IMG/VR virus record: IMGVR_UViG_3300017788_000024
Span: 1-62,463 of that record
Origin: a virus
Taxonomy: Duplodnaviria > Caudoviricetes
Length of the DNA: 62,463 bases
Strand: one strand, 5' to 3'
Under the pieces are notes generated by a model. The model was not told where the DNA came from, did no database searches, and was given only the letters and a program-made list of their open reading frames with translations. Shown here one piece after another: positions 47,435 through 56,800 of this stretch (position 1 is its first letter; every line of letters begins with the position of its first letter). The position numbers and the translations under genes were made by a program.

Positions 47435-49195
47435 TCAGCCCAAGAAGTGTTGAGCCTTCCCGAACCGGTTCACATCTGCTCCCTCGTAGGGGAGCGGCTG
47501 AACCTTGGAAGGAATCAACACGGCAGTGTTGAGCCACTGCCGATCCAACTTGTGGATCATGGCCACCCTGAACGCTCTCCTGACCCAGAATGCCCCACAG
47601 ATGTGGGTACCAAACGAGTCATGGATCGGAGCCAGACGGTACCCCGAATTCTTGGCCATCACGGCCAGGAAGTGAACGAGAGAGGCATCCACCGAATGGA
47701 TCACATTCGGTGGTCCCGCCGCATCCGAGGACTCCATCTTCACGGGCTGGAAGGACACGCGGTACCTACCATCATACCTACTGGTAAGGTTGATGGTGAT
47801 AGGATCTGCCTCAAGATCCACCACCATCTGGCGGTTGAACACATGACAGCCGCTTGGTGATGTCCAGTTAAGGACACAACCAGCCTTCCCAACCGCCCTA
47901 GATGCTGCCTTGATCGCCATCATGGCAGGCCTCAAGCGAGTGGTCAAGCCACTGACCGTCTCACTTCCGAACAAGGCATTCTCGTAGGCACGGGCGACAT
48001 CGCTTGCCACACGAACGGCAAGTTCCCAGCCCATGTCCCTCCACACATCGCAGAACCGACCGTTGAGGTCGTCCAACGAGATTGCCTCAAGCGAACCCGG
48101 AAGATAGTTCCCGATGTCATCAAGGAACTTGATCTTCTTGGTGCCATCCTTGAGGATTGCTCCCCGAGTCAGGCTGGGATTCGCTGCCGAGTACACCATC
48201 GGCATGATGAAGCCCTTTGCGGTCTTCCGATCCCAGAAGAGAGGGTTTCCCCTCACTTGGGGAGGAAGAAGACCACCCTTGTCCACCAACTCAGCAGTTG
48301 CACGGTAGATGCATTGCTTGGTCTCCGAGGGGTAGAGGTTTGTGAATCGACACAAGCCCTCGTCACCAGTGAACCAACCGAACAACGCCGGTCCACTGGC
48401 AGTCTGGTCCTGCTGAAGGATGTATCCAGACTTCCCCTCTTCAAGGATCTCTCGGATTGCCTCCGCTGCACGGAGAGTGCAGAACGGCTTCTTGCTTGTG
48501 GCAGTTTTGATGAACGCCACTGGGTCGGCAAGAATTGACCGATAGTTGGCTTCGGTCACGCCGTACTCCTCTGCAACCACCTGCAAGAAGATCTGGATGT
48601 CATGATCCGATGCTGGCAACTTCTCCGAGAAGTCACAGATGGCTCTGTGTGCATCCCCACCTTGGTAGGAGGCGATGCCTTGGCTATCCGTGTACACTCG
48701 GTAGCGGAAGTCCGGGAACATGGGAAGGAAGTACTCCCTAGTCCCGAAGACAGCGAACTCCTTCAACATCAGGAGTTCCATCATGTCTTTCTTCGGATCG
48801 AAGAACCCTTCCGAAGCAAGGCTCCGCATCGTCGCCAGAATCAGGGGATTGGGAACGAACGTTCCCTCGCTCAGGTAGTTGACCGCCTCCATGTAGGTTG
48901 GAGACAAGTCATTCCCGAGGATGTTTCCCTCTGGGGCGATGCTACGACGCCGAACCTCATCGTTTCCACGCTGAAGCCGACCCGCAGTGCTACCCTTGAA
49001 GGGAACTCTGCCGTTCCTGATGAACAGCCTAGCGTCCTTGCCCTTGCCGAGCGGGAACACCTTGAGGTTTCCCTCGTCGATCCCCATCTGGACCAAATTC
49101 GCCAGATCCTCCGGCTCCGTGCAGCCGGTCATGCTGGCGATGCGCTGCATGAAAGCAGACGCACGCAGAACATGGTTCAACAGGTACTCGTACAT
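47435..49195 (-). CDS. second, N-terminally truncated single-subunit RNA polymerase (RNAP-2)
   Basis: DFRYRVY, motif A QDQTASG, motif B RKTAKGFIMPMVYS, PNVIHSVDAS, motif C IHDSFGT, C-terminal HFLG; AGGAG RBS. Confidence 0.93.
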   Translation of the reverse strand: MYEYLLNHVLRASAFMQRIASMTGCTEPEDLANLVQMGIDEGNLKVFPLGKGKDARLFIRNGRVPFKGSTAGRLQRGNDEVRRRSIAPEGNILGNDLSPTYMEAVNYLSEGTFVPNPLILATMRSLASEGFFDPKKDMMELLMLKEFAVFGTREYFLPMFPDFRYRVYTDSQGIASYQGGDAHRAICDFSEKLPASDHDIQIFLQVVAEEYGVTEANYRSILADPVAFIKTATSKKPFCTLRAAEAIREILEEGKSGYILQQDQTASGPALFGWFTGDEGLCRFTNLYPSETKQCIYRATAELVDKGGLLPPQVRGNPLFWDRKTAKGFIMPMVYSAANPSLTRGAILKDGTKKIKFLDDIGNYLPGSLEAISLDDLNGRFCDVWRDMGWELAVRVASDVARAYENALFGSETVSGLTTRLRPAMMAIKAASRAVGKAGCVLNWTSPSGCHVFNRQMVVDLEADPITINLTSRYDGRYRVSFQPVKMESSDAAGPPNVIHSVDASLVHFLAVMAKNSGYRLAPIHDSFGTHICGAFWVRRAFRVAMIHKLDRQWLNTAVLIPSKVQPLPYEGADVNRFGKAQHFLG

Positions 49196-49265
49196 GATGT
49201 ACCTATCTCCTAGTTGACCCAGTTAGTGAAAGATCTGTGGTTGGGTCAGTTCACAGACCTTAGTT

Positions 49266-49328
49266 GCTGCGACAGTGCAGCCCAAGGACTCCCCCATTGC
49301 TGGGGGAGCCAAGGGCAGCACTGTCGCA
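49266..49328 (-). promoter_or_regulatory. hairpin element copy 1 (upstream of RNAP-2)
   Basis: gctgcgacagtgcagc plus ctccccca-ttgc-tgggggag plus gcactgtcgca. Confidence 0.75.
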
Positions 49329-49342
49329 ACGGAAGATCTTAC

Positions 49343-49732
49343 TTACTTGAGTTGTGGCGGACAGTTCTCTCCCTTCTTAATCATGGCCAGGATTGCGGCG
49401 TTTGCACGCCGACAATCAAACTTGGAGCCGAAGGTGTCGTGGAGGCTGCGTTGCCCCCACTTGGGGCCGGAGGTGTCGTGGAGGCTGCGCTCCCCGGCCT
49501 CCTTTCGACCCACCACCACAGATTCCACCGTCTTCCTCAAGGAGGAAATGAACTCCTCCATTGTGAAGATGGCGGTCTTGATCTCGTCCCCTGCAACACT
49601 CAGGGGAAGGCTCACCGAGAAAACTGGGACATCATAGCCCCCGCCTCGGTGAGCATGGTGGATGATGTAGCCAAACTTATCGCTACACCAGAGGGAGAGC
49701 CCCTCGCCTGCTGGACACAGATACCGTTTCAA
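49343..49732 (-). CDS. early hypothetical protein with a 13-aa tandem repeat
   Basis: TTG start after AGGAGG; RSLHDTSGPK / RSLHDTFGSK. Confidence 0.6.
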   Translation of the reverse strand: MKRYLCPAGEGLSLWCSDKFGYIIHHAHRGGGYDVPVFSVSLPLSVAGDEIKTAIFTMEEFISSLRKTVESVVVGRKEAGERSLHDTSGPKWGQRSLHDTFGSKFDCRRANAAILAMIKKGENCPPQLK

Positions 49733-49790
49733 TGGTATCCTCCTTTGCCCTATAGTGTAATGCCATGCATTGGGCATGTGCATGACATGT

Positions 49791-49844
49791 GCTGTGACAG
49801 TACAGCCATGGCTCCCCTATTGCTAGGGGAGCCGAGGTTATACT
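49791..49844 (-). promoter_or_regulatory. hairpin element copy 2
   Basis: gctgtgacagtacagc-cat-ggctccccta-ttgc-taggggagcc. Confidence 0.8.
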
Positions 49845-50049
49845 ATCCGTTCTCTTCCTCCAGCATGTGCTGGAGGACTTCTCCCGCGTAGGAAAGAAGA
49901 GTACCGCTAAGGACCACAGGGGGTGTTCCCAACTCCAAAACACCCGAGGGGCCCCTTGCGGAGAGCAAGAGATCCCTATCCCCGTACCAAATTGTGAACA
50001 CCCCAAACTGATTCGCCACCACACCGATGCAATGACTTTCCTTAGTCAT
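49843..50049 (-). CDS. early hypothetical protein
   Basis: 68 aa, AGGAG RBS, between elements 2 and 3. Confidence 0.6.
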   Translation of the reverse strand: MTKESHCIGVVANQFGVFTIWYGDRDLLLSARGPSGVLELGTPPVVLSGTLLSYAGEVLQHMLEEENG

Positions 50050-50107
50050 TACACTCTCCTATTGCCCTACGGTGTCATGTTATGCATCGGGCATGTGCAT
50101 GACATTT

Positions 50108-50162
50108 GCTGCGACAGTGCAGCCATGGCTCCCCTATTGCTAGGGGAGCCTAGGTTACACTG
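50108..50162 (-). promoter_or_regulatory. hairpin element copy 3
   Basis: gctgcgacagtgcagc-cat-ggctccccta-ttgc-taggggagcc. Confidence 0.8.
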
Positions 50163-50259
50163 ACAAGCCCGCAAGGACCGCGTAGAGGATCCATGCGGCG
50201 ATCGCGAACACCCAGACCAAACGATCAACATAACGCTGCATTCTTTGCGAGAAACGCAT
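50155..50259 (-). CDS. 34-aa early membrane peptide
   Basis: MRFSQRMQRYVDRLVWVFAIAAWILYAVLAGLSV; AAAGGA RBS. Confidence 0.55.
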   Translation of the reverse strand: MRFSQRMQRYVDRLVWVFAIAAWILYAVLAGLSV

Positions 50260-50298
50260 GACGGATTCCTTTGCCCAATGGTAGGCTGGGCTGCCTTT

Positions 50299-50354
50299 GC
50301 TGTGACAGTACAGCCATGGCTCCCCTATTGCTAGGGGAGCCAAGGACATACTGT
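50299..50354 (-). promoter_or_regulatory. hairpin element copy 4
   Basis: gctgtgacagtacagc-cat-ggctccccta-ttgc-taggggagcc. Confidence 0.8.
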
Positions 50355-50437
50355 TCTAATTGGGGGGGTAAGGGGGGTAACGCTACCTCCCAATTTGTTA
50401 CTACCCCCGTCCAAATTCCTGACCCCCTAGTCGATTT

Positions 50438-50581
50438 TTATTTTGCGGTTTTCTTGGACTCCCTGAATGCTCTTGATGTGGGGGCACCCTTGGATCCCGG
50501 CTTGCGCATCTTTTCTCCAGATCCTGCCTTGATTCTCTTCCGTTTTGCGTGTATGTTGTCGTAAAGACCTCTTTTCTTCAT
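50438..50581 (-). CDS. small basic phage protein
   Basis: MKKRGLYDNIHAKRKRIKAGSGEKMRKPGSKGAPT... Confidence 0.75.
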   Translation of the reverse strand: MKKRGLYDNIHAKRKRIKAGSGEKMRKPGSKGAPTSRAFRESKKTAK

Positions 50582-50582
50582 G

Positions 50583-50837
50583 TCAGCACTTCCACTTTCT
50601 TCGTGCCTTGCATGCCCTCTTGTCCGGGGTAGCACGGCAATCGATGTCGAATTTCTTGATCTGACCTAGGTTGCGGGCACAAAAGGACTTCTTTCTTGGT
50701 CCCCCTCCGGGTTGCGGCGGCTTGAGGTTGGATCCGGTCTTTCGGTTGATCATGGACCTTCCCTTGGCGGTAAGCCCTCCGCTTGGATCTTTGCATCCAT
50801 TCTTGATGCTACATCCTTTCATATCTCCCTTGCTCAT
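50583..50837 (-). CDS. small basic phage protein
   Basis: GGLTAKGR...GSNLKPP...RKKSFCAR...ARRKWKC; TAATG coupling to the giant ORF. Confidence 0.75.
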   Translation of the reverse strand: MSKGDMKGCSIKNGCKDPSGGLTAKGRSMINRKTGSNLKPPQPGGGPRKKSFCARNLGQIKKFDIDCRATPDKRACKARRKWKC

Positions 50838-53800
50838 TATGGTCCTCCTAGTTGTGGGGGTGGGGTTGATGGGTTTGAGGCTCTGGCCGATGCCTTCTTA
50901 CTACCCCAAGGTGTTAGAACTTGTACGTTCTTTGGTGGGGTTGGGGTGGTTGGAGCCTGAGGTTGCGTAGGAGCCACGGTATTGCCCTGTGTTGGGTTTT
51001 GTGGCGTTGTTGGTGTCTGGGTAGCCTGCGGGCTTGCTGCCTGCACAGGGGGAATCAGGGCGTCTAGGAATGGGGGCATGGATCTAGACAGATTTGAGTA
51101 CCCTGTTGGAAACAGTTCCTTAAGAAGGTCTCTTACAAGTTTATATTCATCCATGTGATCCTTGTCCATGATGTGGTTGGCTATGGATACAGGACTGAAG
51201 GAGGATCCATTGGATGAGGACTTTGTTTTTCTACCTGCTTGGTAATTGGGATCTATTGATCTTGTTATTCCATATCTTACGGTTGGTCCGATGGCCGGGA
51301 CCAACCTCAACAACAGATCCGCTAGTGCTGCTGAATCAAAGGTTTCATCTTGGTTAACGGCATCATTTACTATTCTTCCTGCTCTTGAAAATCCAGATAC
51401 CATGGCCATGAATGATGGTGGAAGACCAGCGGCCATGATTCTTGGATTTGTAAATTGATTCTTACCAGTGAAGACCGTGCTTCCACTGATTATTGCAAGT
51501 TGTGCAAGTGTTCCAAAAAGCATCCGGTTTGAGATGAATGGGTTTCTTGCAACAACGGATGCAATCTTGGTTATGTCCTCTCCGTTGATGTTTCCCCGTG
51601 AAATTCTTTCCAGATCGTCATCTGATATCACACCAGCAAGGAACATGAGGCCAAAGTTGTAGATGATGTCTGCTGCTGCCGCAACAAGAAGGCGACCGGC
51701 AAGGAGCATGGGTGTTGTCCTGCCATAAGTCTCAAGGGCAAACTGGGTGACGAACAGTTTTGGGAAGGATCGGTATAGGTTGAATAGGAATGATTTTGGA
51801 TCTCCCTTTGTGGGCCTGTCCAATGTGTTTCCTTCTACGATTGTTTGTCTTGCATATGCTTTTTGGAATCTTCCAACTGCTGCAAGTGCCTCATAAAGAT
51901 CGTTCTTTATCAAGCCCCCAGATTCAGGAACCTCTTCCCACAATGTTCTATTGAGGTCCATCTCCATTTGGATTTGGATGTTTCCGATGTCCAAGAACTC
52001 ACGCCTTGTGATTCCCTGCTTGGATGTCCCGTATCTATCTATGATGTACTTGAGTGCCTTTATGTTCTTGTCTGACAAAACCCCGGATTCCCACATGAGT
52101 TGCAGCAGCACCTTTTCTGTTCCTGCAAAGTCAAGTATTCTTTCTGTTCCGACCTCTCTTATTGCATTCTCATACATGTCTTGGTTCTTTGGTCCTTTGT
52201 AGTTCTTGATGAACTCAAGGTATTCTTCCATCTTCCCGAGCCTCTTGAGCAGTTGTCTTTGCCCTTGACGCATGAGTGCTGCTCTTAGTGCGGGTTCTGC
52301 AATGAGGTGAGAATCCCTTAGTCTCCTCCACCAACTTGCTCCCACAGCACCAAGGTTTCTACGATTCATTCCAAGTCTTTCCCTTGCATCAAATGGTATT
52401 TCGTCATAGTCAATAAGGTGATGCTCCATAAATCCTCTTGTTGCTGTGTCCATGTCAAACAACGCATCAGGCACCGTGGTCCACAATGATCTATTTAGCA
52501 GCCTGTTTCCATATCTTCTGCTGAATACGTTCACCAAAAGACCAGCCATTCCGGTAAGCATATCCTTGTAGAGGGAGATATGGTTTCCGCCAAACATGGC
52601 AGTTGTTGCTGCACCTATGGTACCTTCGTTAAGCATGGTTGCTGCGTTTCTGTTTGGTCCCCACATTGTTGTTGTAACCACATCGGCAGTCTTGACAAGA
52701 ATGTTTTCTGCTCCAGATCCTTCTGTTTCTTCGATCTTTGTGGCGGCACCAATTGCAAGATCATGCTTTCTCTTCACTTCCTTGAGGACAATATCCCAAT
52801 CACTATCTGATTGTGCTTTCTGGATTGCCTTAATGAGCCATGAAAAGGATAATCCCTTGACTCCGGTGAGGTCTTGTATTGCTTTGTTGTTGTATGCAGA
52901 TCTTGAAATATTCCTTTCCATGCCGACAATGATGGATCTCAGGTCAATTGTAAACCCTTCTTGCAAGATTCTTCCTTGTTCAGGGGTCAATCCATTGTCT
53001 TGACGAAAGATATCATTGGCAGTCAGGTCCAATGACGAGGAATCTGGCATGATTGTGCCATGGCCATGGGTCATAAGGTGCTTTCTGGCATGCAAGGAAG
53101 CCACGGAATATCCCATGTTGTCTATTGATTCCTTCATATACTTGGGAGGCGAAGACGATCCGTGGAAAATGGAGGAAAGACGACCATCTAGAATGTCCGT
53201 TGCATGGGAGACTACCGAGTAATCGCTTGTGTCCACCCTGTTTTTCAACTCATTGATCACAATATCCAATTGCTCAGGGTTCAAGGATTTGAAAATTGAT
53301 TTATAAGTGGCTCCAGACTTTGCCATTCTTAGTAATCTTATTGCAGCATCGTTCAAGGTTTCCTGAATTGATAAAAATTCACCACTGTATGGTGAGTATT
53401 TAATCTTAGACTTGAAGTTAAACTTTGCTTGCTTATCGTTTGGTCTTTTTTCTGCCCAAATATTTGAAGCAAACTCTTCAATCTCGTCCAGAATAAGTCT
53501 TTGACCGCGAGTAAGAACTTTGGTCCCGCCCATATCTTTATTTATTGAGGCATAAAACACCTGTATGGATGAAAGTACTCCCGTTTCGGTTGAAATGGTC
53601 TTGTCAATCTGGAAAAACCCTCCGCTAAGGTAGAGTGAGTAAGAATCTGCAATTCCATCTTGACGCATGTTTGAAAGAATCTTGTTTCGGTATGCAGTTG
53701 TAAGGGAATTCACAAAGGACGAGGCTGTTTCTGCTGTTGTCTCTGCAAGATAAGAGTTGTTTACTCTCAAGGCAATCATGTCTTTTGGCGGAATGAGTGA

Positions 53801-56800
53801 TTCTGTGTATGCTCCATACTTTTTTGCTATGTCTACGAAATTTTGCATGTTTCTTGCATACAGTTCAGCATGTTTTTTGGCATCCTCAAACATTTGATCT
53901 GTAAGTCTACCTCCCAAAGGAAGAGAATCTTTGCTTTCTGGTCTATCATAAAGAAGATAATCAAATGCACTCCTTTCAATCAGAATGCCTTGTTCTGTGT
54001 TATAGGTACTTCTTATGCGGTGTGAGTTTCTTACGACTGGTCTTGAAAACTGTTGAATATAGTTCAATGAGTGAAGGACTCCACCAACAGCACCACCATA
54101 TACATTTTGCCCCGATCCTTTTGTTGCATCTAGAAGAAAGCCTAGAGCCGCTAGGATTGGTTCAGATGATGCATAGGTGAGGTTTGCACTGTTTCCTCCC
54201 CCTATTCCATAGACTCCTCCTGTTCCAGGCTCGCCAATCTTTCTGGAAGTCCCATAGTACAAGACATCTGCAAGCCATTGCTTGATTCTTTTGCCTTTGC
54301 TTGGCAGGTCTCTGAGTATCCCGGCAATGCTGGCAATTTCTCCGCCCCTTCTGCCCCTAAGTGTTGCAACCTTTTCAAGAACAAAAGTAGCCAATGCTTT
54401 GTCTTCTGCCGCATTGCGTGGTTGTCTGCTTATTGTCATGTCTCCGTCAACAATACCAATCATTCCACTCATTTGTTTTAGATAATCTAATGTTGATTGT
54501 CCAAGAATAGTTCTTGATTTTGGACCAGATAAATATGGCTCGGTTTCTTCCACAAGTGAAGCAAATATTGCAGTCTGATCTTCATTCAATGTTTTGATTT
54601 GTTCAAGGTCGTTTCTAAGTGTTATCTTGTCGTGGAGTGTTTTTATGTCTGCCTCGGTCAACAGTGCTGATCCCTTCGGCAATTCAGTCAGTGGGTATGA
54701 GAATGATCTGGTTGCGATCTCTGCCAAGGCCCTAGACTTGCTATAGGTGTTTCCAAAATTGAACATTACCTCAATGGCATTGTCCATCAGTCTCATGGCT
54801 TCTGGGTTTTGATTTTTGAATACCTGCATTCTCTGTACAACGGATGAAGCCAATCTCTTTATTCTGTTGAACGCTCTTTCCCACCAACTGGCAGACTCAT
54901 CTGCAACAACATACTTGTCTCTTATTCTTCTTACATTTTCAATCACGCTCTTGTTGTTGATTGTTCTGGAAATAAGGATGAATGCTCCCCACTCAGCAAG
55001 GAACTCTTCTGGGTTTGTGGTATAGTGTTGGATCAGGTCGTTGATTTCCATGCGATCCCCAGAAAACATCGTTGTCACCATGTCTGTTATGGCATCCTTG
55101 CCAGAATTTGTCCTGAATGCAGTAAGGAACCCCTGATATACTTCACTATCTGTTTCAAGGTGTTGCATTCTTGCGATGTGGGATATTTCGTGGGCAAACA
55201 CTTCAAGTGCTTCTGGTGCTGCTCTCTTCTTCAGCAACTCTGGATTCAACTTGATTACAAACCTATCCTTAATCTGAAGTGATTTACCAGCACGCTCCAT
55301 GTTTGGGTCTAGTATTATGGATAGGTTGTTTGCAAACTCTTCGTTGTGGACAAGGATGATTCCAAGCATTCCCTTGTACAACTCGGCAGTCTCTTCCGAT
55401 ATTGCACCTTGTTTTACAAGGTCTTGAATGGCAATCTCAATCTTCTGTCCATCTACCCCGAAAGCACTTGTCAATCCATCTTCCTCCGCAAGAGAAAGGA
55501 CATCCTCATCCATTAGCCGGATTTCTTCTGTAGAATACTGGTGATTGGCTCTTTGTAGTGCCTTCTTTGCCTTGGTTACTTCCTTTGCATTGGTAATGTC
55601 AGTGACCCCAATGCTTTGAAGGACGCTGTTCAATACGTTTGGGATGTCTGCAATAGGTCCATTTAGTTCCACATATCTCTTGGCAGCATGGAAGTATTGG
55701 TTTCTGATCTCATCCCTATTTAAGGCTGAAAGATATGCCCCTGTATATTCTCTTGCCACGGAATAAAGGCTGTTTAGTTCCGCGTCACTCATGACATCGC
55801 CCACATATGCACGAAGTCTTCGTTTTGATGAGATGGTATTCTGGCCATCAACCTGTGCAAGGAGGATTACAGCGGGAATAATGTATTTGTTAGTTGAGTC
55901 TAGTAATGCACGCAGTTGCCTCCCTTCTTCCTCAAGACCATACATGTCTGCAAGTTGAATTGCTTGGTTGATCTTGGCTCCCCATGCCATATCAAGAGCC
56001 GTTCCTCTTGGATCACCATCCTTACCGGCAACATAATAACCTGCATCATATACCTCAAGAGGAAGACCAAAGTCACCACGCATTCTTGTGTTGTTGGTTG
56101 TCCTCAACTTGGTTCCTGCTCTTTGGTGAAGCAGGGCTAGGATGTCCATTTGATCTGCATACTCAAGTCTTTGCATCTCATAGAACTTTCTTCTCTCTGC
56201 ATTCATGAACTTCATGTTCTCATTGGTTGCAACTCCAACGTCCGACCCAAGTGCTGCTGCAATTTCAGCATTGTTGAAGAACACTTGGTTTCGGATCTGT
56301 GTGAACATTTTTTTAATGTCTTCAGGAGTAAGATGATACACGGCATTTGCACTTGTTCGTGAGGTATCGAATCTTATTAATCCACCAGATCTTACCTTTG
56401 GTGCCTTTCCAGATGATGTGTCTATTTTTGCTGCTTCCTCAAGGTTTTCAAAGTCAACCCTGTTCCCAATCTGCATTCCTCCATAATCATCAAGGAACAA
56501 GTAGAGATCAAAATCTCCATATGTACTCATTCTTTCCGACTGTAAGATCTCATCCAGAACTGCTTCTTGATATTGCAATGGAACAGAACTCAACAGCACA
56601 AATCCAGTGCCATCTTTTTCCAAGGAATCAAAGTTATCTGGGTCTACCTTTTTCATGTAGTTGGTTGCTATTTCCCTTCCGACAACCTCATACAGGACAC
56701 CGAAGATTACCCCCAAAGAGTCACGGCTTTGAACCGTAAGTGTTAGTATTCTTGTTTCTCTTTGGTCTGCGGCTGGATCTCCAGTTGCAAGCAAGTTGTT

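Noticed and set aside
47435-49195. RNAP-2 as a pseudogene or assembly duplicate of RNAP-1
   Set aside because: Intact ORF with RBS and all catalytic motifs; sequence and codon style are very different from RNAP-1
49266-50354. CRISPR array or integron interpretation of the four palindromic repeats
   Set aside because: Periods are 525, 317 and 191 bp and each interval holds a gene; no cas or integrase gene is visible
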